A DNA stretch of 64,000 bases from Deltaproteobacteria bacterium CG11_big_fil_rev_8_21_14_0_20_47_16 (GCA_002796325.1 PCXA01000006.1:70578-134577); one strand, 5' to 3'. Positions 28,924 to 39,900 are shown, counted from the first letter of the stretch. Numbers and translations are program-made. The notes: generated from the letters alone by a model not told the origin.

Positions 28924-30884
28924 TATTGCTGCCTTCCGGCTTTAATCAGAGCAAGAAGCTCTTTTAAGTCAGTAACAACATAATCAGCGTCAGAGAGCCT
29001 TTCCTTTGGAAATGAAGACGCCACCGCCACAACTTTCATCCCCGCACGTTTTGCAGCTTCAATACCTGCTATGGAATCCTCGATAACGAGACATTGTGAC
29101 GGAGGTACATCTAAATCCTTTGCAGCTTGCAGAAAAATGTCTGGGGCTGGTTTTTTATGTTTAATCACACTGCTATCTACAATGATGTTGAAAGTGTTTG
29201 GTTCAAGACCTGCAATTCCAAAATTAGTCATGACCACCTCGGTGGTGGCGGATGATGCTACTGCTGTTCGGACTCCAAATTTACCAAGATACCCAACCAA
29301 ATCGTGAAGGCCGGGAAATGGTGCTAGCCGTCCTGAGGCTAACTCACGAAATCGCGCCTCTCTTTCCTTCATCAGTTGCTCCACAGTTGTTCCACTAAGA
29401 CTGTATTTTGTCATGGGGTCACTCATGTATTTTGACCCAGCACCGATTCCTTCCTGCACGTCCTGCGGCAATAATTGGACGCCATATTTTTCAAATACCA
29501 GTCGAGCCGCTTCAAAATTGATAGGTTCAGAATCTAGGACAATTCCATCGTTGTCAAAGATGACTGCTCCAAATTCCCTAATATCGAGATTTGATGTTGT
29601 GCTCCGTATAGCGGTGTTCCGTGCAACCCTTTGCACAACAACCAGCGAGCCTGTTTCTTCTACAATATCCCAATTTGGTAGCTTGTTATCTCCACGGAAC
29701 AATTCATCAACCACTCTGGTAGGTCCCGGCCAGCCATCCCACTCATCCGTGTTCGGTTTCCCCATTCTTGCATCATGAAACATAACAATGCCGCCTGCTA
29801 CTACATGGCTATGCCACTTATCCCAATCGGATCTTGTACCCCTATATGAATGGTCACCATCGATAAAAAGTAAATCAATCGGTTGGTTCCATTCTGAAGC
29901 AACGTTATCACTGTGGTCTTGGTGCCATTTTACAGTTCCATTATGTGAGCGCATTAGGTTGAGTTTAGCCATCCAGGGCCGTGCAGTTAATCCGCTATCG
30001 GGTACAACAATATATGGGTCAATCAGATGCAACGTGCCATTGGGGGACATTGCTCTCCGAAATATGACAGCTGACGCCCCCTCAAAAACGCCAATTTCAA
30101 CAATGCTCGTCTTATCGGCAGCCCATCTAATAAAAAACGGCTTTTCAGCAGGAAAACTAAGGTCACGCGGAAGTGGAAAATAATTTGACCGTTTAAATGT
30201 GCTGTTGACCGCGAGTCCATTTTTAACACTTCTTTGGACGGCTCTCAACTCAGCATCACTCAACGTCGCCAACTCTTCATCACTAAACCCTCCACGCTTA
30301 ATAAAATCGTGATCTATTGGCTCGTCACGGGCAATTGATTCGGCTACCGTTGTTGCTTCTGTTGCCTCGGCGTTAGCCGTTGAACTTACGATCTGCGGCC
30401 TTCTTTCTATTTCCATATTGCTCTCCCCTTGAGTATCAAAAACAAGCACCGGCAATGGCACATTTTCACCATTGGCACGCTTACGAACGGCTTCCAAATA
30501 GTCCTGAATATATTGTGAATACTTCTCAACGACATCATCGTCACTTAATTTATTCTCAGCTTTATCTGCTTCGTTTTGCCGTCTGCCAAGTTCAATTTCA
30601 ATTAGACGCTTTTCGTCTTCGGCTCGTTTGTGTGTTGGCTGTCTTGGAATACCGTATTCCCACATTTCTTTCACAACCAACGCTCCTGGTTCTTGACCTT
30701 CGAGTGGAACCCATACCCAATTGCCATCCTTACCTTGAATCACCAATGTACGAGAAAATCGATCTTGGCTGGGGCTGTACGGAACCGATTGTTTCTCACG
30801 AATATATAACAGTTGTCCCAAAGACGCCGTGTCCACAATCATCCTTTCTTGTTGGAGAGTTGTCTTGTCATAAGCAACCCCCAT
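28923..30884 (-). CDS. Multidomain fusion: unknown N-terminal domain, class-I SAM methyltransferase (TylF/Methyltransf_24-like), HAD-family phosphatase/phosphomutase
   Basis: Centrally the methyltransferase-like motif is IVEIGVFEGASAVIF...LLFIDGDHSY. C-terminally, HAD motif I is VIFDNDGIVLDSE, motif II is VASSAT and motif IV is IEDSIAGIEAA. Length is 653 aa. The stop overlaps the binding-protein start by 1 nt. Confidence 0.6.
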   Translation of the reverse strand: MGVAYDKTTLQQERMIVDTASLGQLLYIREKQSVPYSPSQDRFSRTLVIQGKDGNWVWVPLEGQEPGALVVKEMWEYGIPRQPTHKRAEDEKRLIEIELGRRQNEADKAENKLSDDDVVEKYSQYIQDYLEAVRKRANGENVPLPVLVFDTQGESNMEIERRPQIVSSTANAEATEATTVAESIARDEPIDHDFIKRGGFSDEELATLSDAELRAVQRSVKNGLAVNSTFKRSNYFPLPRDLSFPAEKPFFIRWAADKTSIVEIGVFEGASAVIFRRAMSPNGTLHLIDPYIVVPDSGLTARPWMAKLNLMRSHNGTVKWHQDHSDNVASEWNQPIDLLFIDGDHSYRGTRSDWDKWHSHVVAGGIVMFHDARMGKPNTDEWDGWPGPTRVVDELFRGDNKLPNWDIVEETGSLVVVQRVARNTAIRSTTSNLDIREFGAVIFDNDGIVLDSEPINFEAARLVFEKYGVQLLPQDVQEGIGAGSKYMSDPMTKYSLSGTTVEQLMKEREARFRELASGRLAPFPGLHDLVGYLGKFGVRTAVASSATTEVVMTNFGIAGLEPNTFNIIVDSSVIKHKKPAPDIFLQAAKDLDVPPSQCLVIEDSIAGIEAAKRAGMKVVAVASSFPKERLSDADYVVTDLKELLALIKAGRQQ

Positions 30885-31084
30885 GCCAAAAACATGAAAA
30901 AATTAATTTAATAAAATCAATAGGTTGAAAAGCAACCACTTTTCTTATCCGTCGATGAGTCCCAAAATCCGGATTTCAGGACTATGTGTGTTCGGAAAAG
31001 CGAATGCGCTCACAACAGCGAGTTCACTTTAGTATCGTCAGTGGTCCAAAAATGTTGCCTATTTGTCACAAGAATAATGAAAAA

Positions 31085-31120
31085 CAACCCTGCACCTAAG
31101 GTGTGGGACACCGAGGGTTC
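31085..31120. terminator. Terminator hairpin of the GGTGTGGGACACC-core repeat family (copy A), downstream of the 31166-33013 gene
   Basis: The sequence AACCCTGCACCTAAGGTGTGGGACACCGAGGGTT forms a hairpin (AACCCT...AGGGTT outer stem, GGTGT/ACACC inner stem). It is followed by a T5 run on the minus strand. Confidence 0.6.
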
Positions 31121-31165
31121 AAAACCTCAAGCAGCGTTAATTCGAATCAAATAGCAGAGGGATAC

Positions 31166-33013
31166 CTACTTCACACTCCGTCTCACAACGATTGGGACCA
31201 AAGTGAGGAGTGTGAGCATCAGTGGGAGTGCTTGCATGGGCAGGCTTGGGGCGCCCCACATCATCATGGCACCACAACCCGATGCGCCGCTGGCAGCAGA
31301 TGGTGCACCGTCACTACCCATGGAAATAAAGCTGCCGGTCATGTTAGAGCCACCGCTGCCTTCACCAATGGATGGCTCATCTACACTCGGTATGCTGGGA
31401 AGATTGGAATCATTGCCGCCACCGAATCCGGTGTCACCCAGGTCGCCGCCCAGGGGCAGGCTCACCGGTTGACTGGCGGCGATTGTAACCTTACCTTCAC
31501 TTGTCATGTCAGCCATTTGAGCTACTTGGATTGCATCAGACATGAGACTTACTGTAGGTCTATTTGACAATACCCTGAGCGTACGAGGCCAAGGAAATCC
31601 ATTCTCACCCCCATCACATTTAAAGAATTTTTCGCCCTTTAAGATTTTCTTAGTAGATTCCACACCCTCTGCAGAAACCGAACGCAACGGAATATCATCA
31701 TCCGCAACCAAGACATCGCAATTGAGTTTATAGTTTAAACGGCTTTCATCCACTGCATCCACCTGCCCTTCTTTCTTATCAGATGATGCCTCAAGTAAAT
31801 TCAATTCCACTTTATTGGACGTGTTTGCTTGGTCCATTAACTTACCAATAATATAATCTGCTGCTGTTGCATCCTCGCTCGGCTTGTGTTTACCCATCCA
31901 CTCCGTACTAAAGAGCTGGCGCTGCTTGCTTTCATTGGAATCCGTATAAACAATTGTGTTGGCAGATTTAAAGTTGTTTTGGGTGACACCCACAGGGGAT
32001 GCCCCCTGCATAATCATCACCGCAGGGTTCCCATCGAGCGTGTTTTTTTGGATCATCGCAGATCCCTTCACATAGACTGTTCCAACTACGGTACTCGACA
32101 TTAACTTTGGAATATCCGCAAACACAGGCGCCACATTGGGGTCAGGATTAACATACGACATGTCAATCGGACCGTTTGTATTGACGAAACTTGCAGATGA
32201 ATGGTTCATGAGAATCAATGCATCATCGTAACCTTCAATTTTGTTACTCTGAACAACGCCCCCTTCGGCATCTGTGATTGCGCTTAGGGTGCTATCGGCA
32301 AGAATGATTCCCTTGCCGCCGTTCATATCAAATGGGGATTGGGTTTTATCAAATGTGACTGTAAACCCTTTTGCCACATTGTCAGACCCATAAATGTTCG
32401 CGGCTTCGTTACAATTGGCGATTGTCACTTTCAAAAACGTGGAGTCGCTGGCCGCCGCCGTCAGTGCTGTTTTGGGATAAAAATCATTTTGCTTCATGCC
32501 CTTATCCAAATAGCAACTGATATGCGCATCATTCATACCCACATTGTTACCCATCAACATAATAGGGCCACGCAAATTATTGGCATGGAAATTTTGTAAC
32601 AACACCTTTCCACCCATCACCGTGAGCATTTTTGCGCCAGTGCTTGCAAGATAGTTTTGTGCATCATCTTTGGCCACACCATCAATTGTCAGCCCATAAA
32701 TGATGACAGGATATTGTGAGGCGTTGGTGATGAGTGTTTGTGTTTTAAGTTTTGGGTACTCTTTATCCTTTTCGGCATCAGTTGTTCCCAAACAAAATAC
32801 AAATCGTTTCTTATCCTGTTGAAAATTTGACTGGAAGTTTGAGTCTGTAATGGGAGTCGACCGTAGTACTTCAAAGATTTTACCAACTTGGTCAGGTTTA
32901 AGATTAGGACACTCCGCCTCGGAGGCGATTCCCTCAATGGCCGCATGGGCCATTGCTGGCAACGCCATCCCCACCAAAACCACCATCAATCCCAAAATCA
33001 TCACTTGTCGTTT
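31166..33013 (-). CDS. Secreted parallel beta-helix repeat protein with a C-terminal sorting-signal-like tail
   Basis: A signal peptide (MKRQVMILGLMVVLVGMALPAMAHA) is followed by repetitive Asn/Gly-rich beta-helix-like segments. A Gly/Ser-rich linker leads to the tail GCGAMMMWGAPSLPMQALPLMLTLLTLVPIVVRRSVK, which has a Cys, a hydrophobic helix and basic end residues. The tail resembles MYXO-CTERM or PEP-CTERM-type sorting signals. Confidence 0.5.
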   Translation of the reverse strand, partial: KRQVMILGLMVVLVGMALPAMAHAAIEGIASEAECPNLKPDQVGKIFEVLRSTPITDSNFQSNFQQDKKRFVFCLGTTDAEKDKEYPKLKTQTLITNASQYPVIIYGLTIDGVAKDDAQNYLASTGAKMLTVMGGKVLLQNFHANNLRGPIMLMGNNVGMNDAHISCYLDKGMKQNDFYPKTALTAAASDSTFLKVTIANCNEAANIYGSDNVAKGFTVTFDKTQSPFDMNGGKGIILADSTLSAITDAEGGVVQSNKIEGYDDALILMNHSSASFVNTNGPIDMSYVNPDPNVAPVFADIPKLMSSTVVGTVYVKGSAMIQKNTLDGNPAVMIMQGASPVGVTQNNFKSANTIVYTDSNESKQRQLFSTEWMGKHKPSEDATAADYIIGKLMDQANTSNKVELNLLEASSDKKEGQVDAVDESRLNYKLNCDVLVADDDIPLRSVSAEGVESTKKILKGEKFFKCDGGENGFPWPRTLRVLSNRPTVSLMSDAIQVAQMADMTSEGKVTIAASQPVSLPLGGDLGDTGFGGGNDSNLPSIPSVDEPSIGEGSGGSNMTGSFISMGSDGAPSAASGASGCGAMMMWGAPSLPMQALPLMLTLLTLVPIVVRRSVK

Positions 33014-33160
33014 CATACGGTCCCCCCAATCACGCTGGCTTATACAAGCAAAGGGGATGCCAAGATGGTCACAAAAATAATTATTATTTTTCAAATAGTT
33101 ATACGGCGTTTATTCTAAAGGTAGGGTGAACACCCACCCAGGGCAGGTGTTAGTTTTGAC

Positions 33161-36100
33161 TCATTTTGAGAGATAATCATATACGCAGCCGGCTTGCTGG
33201 ATGTGCATGGTTTCGCAGGCAACTTTGTTGGTGGTGGTGCACGGGTCCACAACGTATTGCTTGCGCACCTTGTTCGCACATTGCGGAAAGTAAGGGCTTA
33301 CGGGTGCGGGTGTCATGGTGACAAGCGAGCATGGCGCATTGTTACCAGACGGAGCCAATGTGGGACACAGATAGTTAACTGTTTCAAAAATCTCTTTCTC
33401 TTCTTTAAAGCTAATGCCACCGGGATACACAAACCCGGGTAATGGATCGGATGGTTTCTGACCATGATTGAGTTTGCGATAAATATCACTCACCGCAACC
33501 TGCTTTTTGCTTCCATCAGCTTCAGTAATGGTAATCGTCGCTGTATTTTTGAGATTCATGTTAACGGGGTACTTGGTGCTGGTATAAGAAATACGCCACT
33601 CACCATTGTTGCACAACACGGCACGGTCGTCGTAACCATCGCCATCATAATCACCGGGAATGGGGCGGCAGTTCACACCATCAAAATTAATGTAGGGGTT
33701 GACGTAGATTTGGTCGTCCCAGTCTTTGCTGTCGTGTGAAATTTGCCACAACCAGATGTCATTGTTATTGGGATCAGAGCGTGCCTTGGTACCCAAGTCG
33801 GCATGGTACGTTGTCAAAAACCGAGCCTGCATAAAGTAGTTGGCATTATCACCTCGATTAACATTATCGAGTAATGTCCAACCAGATTCGCCATAGAAAC
33901 TACCAATAAGACGATTAGTATCTTCCGATACAACTGAATCAGGAATCTTTAACCTAAACCCAGAACCTGAATTTGATTTGTTTTGATACAAACTATATGT
34001 TCCAGGATAAACTACAGGTAGGAACGCCCACGCCGGAACATCAGAAATATATTTATCAAAAAATGTTCCTGTCGTTGCATCATAATCATCATAGGTAATG
34101 TTGCCGCTTACTGTTGACTGTATGATCGAATCAAATGACCCATAGTTTGCATTAATGTTTTGCCCACCAAAATCAACAAGCCACCATCCATCTGGAGTGA
34201 TGATTGCGAGATCCATATAGTGATCAAGTGTTATCGGATCATTATCCTGCCCATTGTAATCCTGCACAATCGGTCGGCTATAGGGCTGCCAGTGGGGCTG
34301 AGTGCTGTAATCCAAAATCATATCCCAACCGGGCCAGGGGTTCACACCATTGACCATGTTGTCGGTGTTCAGTGTATTCCCTGACGTAAAGTGCACATAC
34401 CACTTGCCGTGCACGGAATCATACAGGCCCAAGTCCGCTTTGCCGTCGGTGTTGTAGTCGGCCACCACGGGGAAGAGCATGGCATCATCGGGAATGGGAT
34501 TTTTCACATCCTTCTTCAGATCAAACACCAAATTCCAAGTGCCAAAGTTATCCTTGGGATCACTAGCACCCAGCGTGCCCCCATCAAACGTTGTGGGTCC
34601 CACACTCGACAAGTCCACATACCATTTGCGATCACGGCCAAACGCAATCAAGTCCGCACGGCCATCGCCGTCCAGATCCATCATCTTGCCAATTTCAGGC
34701 TGAATGGGTCCTGTCTTGGGACACCACTCTGCTTTTTTGGGAGTGGGATTTGCAAGTGTTGGCGCAGGGCAATTGGCCGCCAGGTCTTTATCTTTTACAG
34801 TGGCCTTCACGCCGGTGGGCTTGCCTTCACATCCATCCTTAATAATTTGCATGGCCTTGGCCAGATCGGGTTGCATGCCAATGTTACACCCAACGGGGCT
34901 AGGATCTTGCAATCCATTCCACCACACGGGGTCACTCACATAAGGCTTGGCGGGGGTTCCGGATTTAACCATGACCTCTCGCATTTGTTGGCTGGACAGA
35001 TACATATATTCCCAGCTCTTGATTTTACAGACCGAGTTGGGATCGTTGTACAGTTGACGTGCATATTGTTGCAACAACACCGCGCTGCCCCCGATGATGG
35101 CTGTGGCAGAAGACGTGCCTGCAAAGGTGCCAGTATACCATTGGTTTTTATCGGAGGGCGCACTGATGGGATGATTGCCATAACCTGCGGTGGTGACGCC
35201 AAGACCCCAGGCAAAGACATCCACGCGACTGCCGCAGTTGGAAAATGGTGCCTTCTCATAAGCATGCTTACCACCAAAAGTGGTGGTGCCGCCCATGCTG
35301 GCGCCCACCATGATGGCGCCGGAACTTTCTTTGGAAAGGTCCACTCCAATTTGATACTTGGGGTCATCCAGATTCCAACCGCTGTTGCCGGATGCCTCTA
35401 CAACGATATATCCTTGATAGTCGATCAACTCCTTCAAGACCTTCATGTCTAGTTTGTATGCTTCCATAGGGGCACAATTTTTCCCTAGTGGACTGGTTTC
35501 TGAGCCTTGGCAATCAATGCCTCCAAATCCAGGTAACCCGTCTCCCATCTCAATCACAAACACATCACCGGGCCGCATGTTCCACATCTTGGGGTTGCCA
35601 TCGGCATACTTGGCCTGGCTATCACCCAACTGTGGTTCCCAACTTACAATGGGCCAACCACCCGCCCACTGACCCAAATATAATTTGCCCGCTGGTGCCA
35701 TACCTGTAATGCCAAAACCATTGTCCTTGCCCACCAACACACCCGCAACTGCTGTGCCGTGTTGTTTGTTATCATCGGATTGGGCTTGTTGATATCCTGG
35801 ATCACCCGGCTTGAGTGAACTGACAAAATCCTTTGCGCTCAGGGGAAGATCCACGTGGTTGACATTCCAGTTGGTTTCAATGTCTTCCATGATCACGCCC
35901 GTGCCATCCAACCCAGCGTCCCACGCTGCCTTGACGTTCACGCCACCGGTACTCGCGGGATCCAGCAAGTAATCTTGGCCCGGCCCCGGATTGATATTGG
36001 GGACTTTAATGGTTGTTGCCTGCATGAGTGGCAGTGGGTGTGTAAAGTCCAGCAATGCGGGCTGATGTTGCAGTCCGTTCAAAATTTCCAACGCCTCATC

Positions 36101-36580
36101 GGCATCCATGACATTGATAATAAACAAGCTGCCCCAATCGGTCATGGGATAGCCTTGCGTCATGCGCACATCTTGCACATGTTGGTCTAATGCATCGGCA
36201 TCCAGGTTGGGAAAACCGCGCTGGATTCTGGCTTCGGGGTGCGCTGCAAACAGCGCATTCAGTGCAGATACATCGACGTTGGTTTTGCTTCGGAATGTGG
36301 TCGTCATGCCGGCCCCTGAGCCGGCATCCAGATTGTTCAACCGCACCGCCGCGCTCTCTTGAAACATCACAGCAATTTGTCCGGTATAACTTTTGGAACG
36401 CAGCAACGGTTCCCAACGTTTGGCAAGTGGATCCATGTCCACACTCGCGGTGGGAGCTGCAGGTGGTGTTGTGAGATCAGAATTGAAATCGGTTTGTGGT
36501 GCAACAGATGACCCACTACCACACGCCGCCAAAAGAGTGGCAAGGAGAACAACGCACGTTGTTGCTATTCGCGAGTTCAT
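33161..36580 (-). CDS. Large secreted lipoprotein: S8 subtilisin-like serine peptidase with FG-GAP/VCBS-like repeats
   Basis: The lipoprotein signal is LLATLLAACGSGS. The S8 catalytic motifs are His (QHGTAVAGVLVG) and Ser (GTFAGTSSATAIIGG). Repeated calcium-binding-like motifs occur (DLDGDGRADL, ADYNTDGKADL, GDYDGDGYDDRAV). Length is 1139 aa. Confidence 0.6.
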   Translation of the reverse strand: MNSRIATTCVVLLATLLAACGSGSSVAPQTDFNSDLTTPPAAPTASVDMDPLAKRWEPLLRSKSYTGQIAVMFQESAAVRLNNLDAGSGAGMTTTFRSKTNVDVSALNALFAAHPEARIQRGFPNLDADALDQHVQDVRMTQGYPMTDWGSLFIINVMDADEALEILNGLQHQPALLDFTHPLPLMQATTIKVPNINPGPGQDYLLDPASTGGVNVKAAWDAGLDGTGVIMEDIETNWNVNHVDLPLSAKDFVSSLKPGDPGYQQAQSDDNKQHGTAVAGVLVGKDNGFGITGMAPAGKLYLGQWAGGWPIVSWEPQLGDSQAKYADGNPKMWNMRPGDVFVIEMGDGLPGFGGIDCQGSETSPLGKNCAPMEAYKLDMKVLKELIDYQGYIVVEASGNSGWNLDDPKYQIGVDLSKESSGAIMVGASMGGTTTFGGKHAYEKAPFSNCGSRVDVFAWGLGVTTAGYGNHPISAPSDKNQWYTGTFAGTSSATAIIGGSAVLLQQYARQLYNDPNSVCKIKSWEYMYLSSQQMREVMVKSGTPAKPYVSDPVWWNGLQDPSPVGCNIGMQPDLAKAMQIIKDGCEGKPTGVKATVKDKDLAANCPAPTLANPTPKKAEWCPKTGPIQPEIGKMMDLDGDGRADLIAFGRDRKWYVDLSSVGPTTFDGGTLGASDPKDNFGTWNLVFDLKKDVKNPIPDDAMLFPVVADYNTDGKADLGLYDSVHGKWYVHFTSGNTLNTDNMVNGVNPWPGWDMILDYSTQPHWQPYSRPIVQDYNGQDNDPITLDHYMDLAIITPDGWWLVDFGGQNINANYGSFDSIIQSTVSGNITYDDYDATTGTFFDKYISDVPAWAFLPVVYPGTYSLYQNKSNSGSGFRLKIPDSVVSEDTNRLIGSFYGESGWTLLDNVNRGDNANYFMQARFLTTYHADLGTKARSDPNNNDIWLWQISHDSKDWDDQIYVNPYINFDGVNCRPIPGDYDGDGYDDRAVLCNNGEWRISYTSTKYPVNMNLKNTATITITEADGSKKQVAVSDIYRKLNHGQKPSDPLPGFVYPGGISFKEEKEIFETVNYLCPTLAPSGNNAPCSLVTMTPAPVSPYFPQCANKVRKQYVVDPCTTTNKVACETMHIQQAGCVYDYLSK

Positions 36581-36695
36581 GAGATGGCTTCTTACTCCCC
36601 TTATATTATGGATACAACCCCCAAAATACCCCTGGGCGCCGTATAAGGGTGTTATCGGCTAAAGTTAGGAAAAGTTGCTCACAAATTGTAAGTTG

Positions 36696-36747
36696 TTGAT
36701 TTTAAAGATAAACAGCCCTGCACCGCCGGTGTGGGACACCAGAGTGA
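36696..36747. terminator. Terminator hairpin of the GGTGTGGGACACC-core repeat family (copy B)
   Basis: The sequence is TTGATTTTAAAGATAAACAGCCCTGCACCGCCGGTGTGGGACACCAGAGTG. It is almost identical over about 45 nt to copy C. It lies immediately 3' of the small ORF and STK operon on the minus strand, and is followed by a U-rich tract. Confidence 0.6.
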
Positions 36748-36748
36748 A

Positions 36749-36931
36749 TTAACCCTCGCCGTGCAGCACATCCAGCTCATCGGTCAGCTGATCCAGTTCG
36801 GTCAGCTTGGCTTCGGCTGCGGTCTTAATGGTGGGATCATCCAACATGCCAGGATGAAGGGCCACTTTGAGCACTGCAATGGCGCCGCGAATTTGGTGGG
36901 CAATGTGTTTTAAATTGGGCGTATCGGCCAT
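36749..36931 (-). CDS. Small ORF (about 60 aa) with weak Hpt-like HxxRG motif; uncertain
   Basis: The peptide MADTPNLKHIAHQIRGAIAVLKV...ELDQLTDELD is alpha-helical. It is too short for a full Hpt domain and may be a remnant or a small regulator. The track's 103-aa version overlaps the kinase 3' end. Confidence 0.25.
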   Translation of the reverse strand: MADTPNLKHIAHQIRGAIAVLKVALHPGMLDDPTIKTAAEAKLTELDQLTDELDVLHGEG

Positions 36932-36974
36932 GGCGGATGAATGCCACAGGTGAGAAACGGGGGTCAACTGTAAA

Positions 36975-39900
36975 TCACTCCTGATCTTCCATTGTCGTTT
37001 CGGTAATGTCCAGATGATGAATTTCTTCGGGCGTGGATGCAATTTTGCGCAGACCTGCAATCAACTTCTTGGCACCAGGCTTGTCACCCATGTCACGGTG
37101 CATTTCAGCACGGGTTAACTGAATCGAAAACAGCAGCGGTCCACAGTTGGCATATTTGCGCACATAAGTTTCGGCCTGATCCAAATGCTCCCGCGCATCG
37201 GGGAAGCGTGAGGCCTTCACATACATATCCCCCAACTCCAAGTGGGCGCGGCACGCATACATCTGCGCCAAGGCCGACGATGGCGGATGTTGCCGCATAT
37301 AATCAATCACCGCCGACAACTCGCGCTCGGCAATATCCTGGCGCCCCAACTTCATGTGCAAAATACCCAGATTGGTTTTGATCGCCACGCTTTGTGCGGG
37401 GTCTCCCAGTCGCCCCGCCAACTCCAGCGCGCGTTCATACTGGCGCACGCCCTCTTCATACTCACCCATGTCGCTGTAAAGGCCACCCAATCCCTGGTAG
37501 TTATAGAACAGATACTCGCTATCGTGTTTGCTGCGCGCCAGATCAATTCCTTTTTCAAACACACTGCGCGCCTTTTGATTCTTGCGCAGGTTGCGATAGG
37601 CATTCGCCATTAGCAAATAAATCTGCCGCATCTTAAGCGTGCCTTCGTAAAATACCAAATCATGCGTCGCTTCAGATACCACGCCAGCATAATCGCCCTT
37701 TTGGAACAGGGCATGACACAATTCATTATTGGTCACTTGCAAACGCTCATCTGTTGGTAACTGGGCGGCTTCGTCACGTGTGCGACGGAAGAGTTCAATC
37801 GCACGATCCACCGCACTACTTGCCAAAAAGACTTGGCCCAAATAATTTTCAGTGCGCAACAATTGCACACGATTCTCAGGGTGCTTCTTCAGCAACTGCA
37901 ATCCGCGCATACAGGCACGATCCGCATCTTTGAAATGACCTTGCTTAATATCTGTAATCGCCATCTCTTCCCAAATACGGGCATGCAAGATGTCGTGATT
38001 GCCAGCGGCTTGCAGTTCATGTTCGATCTTTTGCAGAAGTACCATAGTCTCATCAAACCGGCGAATCGCACGATACGTGCGCGCCAACATCAGATTGGCC
38101 TGAATATATTTATCGCCATCATGTTTATTGGTGGGTGCGGGCAATTTTGAAATCAACTTGAGCAATGTGCTAATCGCAACCAATGGTCGGTCTGTGGCCA
38201 CATAGTGTTCAGCTAAAATCCACAAACTCTCTGTTGACCGTTTGGGATCCGACCCATTGGCAATGTGCCAGTGCAGCAACTCAGGATCAACACCCTCTTC
38301 ATTGCCCAAGACCTGCGCAATCGCATGATGCAAATGCTCCCGGTGTGTTGCCGACAACAAAGTCTCCACAGCAGCACGGCGATTGGGATTGGGAATCACC
38401 ATGCTGGCATTTTCCAAATCCATGTCGATCCATCCCTTTTTCAAAAGTCGAATCGGCGTTGCAGAATTCAACGGATGATTTAACACTGCTTCCAGTTGTT
38501 GCGCAGTCGCAGCCGCATTCCACACTGCCAACAAGCCCAACAACTCCTGCTCTGGCGATGAAAGCTGATTGTATTCCAACGAAATGGCATCTGCCAAACT
38601 GCCCGGCACTCGAATGGCTGAAAAATCCACACCCAAATCTTCAAACGTGGTGGCCTTCCAACGACCAACTGAATCAAAAAGAATATTTTGATCGATGAGG
38701 GTCTTCATCAGCTCCGTCACAAAATACGGGTTCCCTTCGGTGTGTCGCATCATCTCTGTCACAAAACCCTTGGGCGTTGTTTCAAATCCAGTCACTGATA
38801 AAATGTAGTCTTCCAATTCCTTGTCAGTGAATGATTTTAAAGGCAGCTGCAGGACCTCTTGCGACTGCACCGACTTTGGCAGGTCTCGTGCGGCAATCAC
38901 CAAGCAAATACGGAGCGGTCCCGCGCCCAAACCTTTAGCCGACACCAAAAAGTCCTGTAGCTTGGCAATATCATCCAGTAGCGGTTTTGCGGCCGAATCT
39001 TGATTCAACGTTCCAAAACTATCCACCCACAACAGTGCGGGCTCCGACGGATGTTCCATGGCCTTGTGAATCGCCACGCGCAAATTATCCCATGACGCGG
39101 GATCAGAGGCCTCAGCACCTGCAATCGCAAATCCATTGAGTTGCGCAGTGTGACGTGCTTCACCCAAAAGTCGCGACTTACCCATTCCCTTGTCGCCCGT
39201 GATCCATACCATGTCGACAGTTTCACCATCCGATGTCTGCGCACTGTCATCGGCATGCAACATGTGAGCTTGCAAAAAATTGCGCAACTGGGCGAGCGCC
39301 GCTTCACGCCCCACAAATCGGGCAGCTGTTGGAATATAGCTCTGGCGTGTTTCGCGCGTTTCAACATCATACCGATCCGCACGTTTGGATTTATGTAAAT
39401 TAATTTCAGAAATCACTGCAGCAGCGTAAGGGAAGCGTTCTTCAGTGCGCTTTTCCAAAAGTCGCGCAATAATATGATCCACGTACCCTGGCACTTCATG
39501 GTGAACTTTGTGCAGCGGTGGTAACGTCATGGTCTGGTGATTCATAAACGTCACTTCGCGCGCGCCCCCGCGAAATGGGCTATCGGGCAGGCCCGCTAAA
39601 ACTTGATACCACATCACCCCCAATGAATAGAGGTCTGCGCGCTGGTCTGGAATTTCACGACGTGTCATTTCAGGCGCCATATAGCTGGGTGTTCCCACCA
39701 AGCGCCCCTTGGATCCAAAGTCAGCCACACCAAAGTCAATCACCTTGGCCACCAACTTGCCATCCGAAGCTTCCGTGATCAAAACATTTCCAGGTTTGAT
39801 ATCAAAGTGCATGAGGTGGTGATTGTGCAAATACTCCAATGCGCGCAGCGTTTGCACAATGAGCGCTTCGATAGCCAACGGATCCAGTCCACGCGTTCCT

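Noticed and set aside
34391-35452. A 353-aa ORF on the plus strand, antisense to the S8 protease gene
   Set aside because: It lies entirely within, and opposite to, a 1139-aa gene that has clear S8 motifs, a lipoprotein signal and repeat structure. Its translation is low-complexity (Gly, His and Ala runs) with no motifs. It is most likely a stop-codon-poor antisense frame.
36975-37060. Extension of the small Hpt-like ORF to the track's 103-aa version
   Set aside because: The first 43 codons overlap the kinase 3' end in another frame and translate to low-complexity sequence. The internal Met start at 36931 avoids the overlap.
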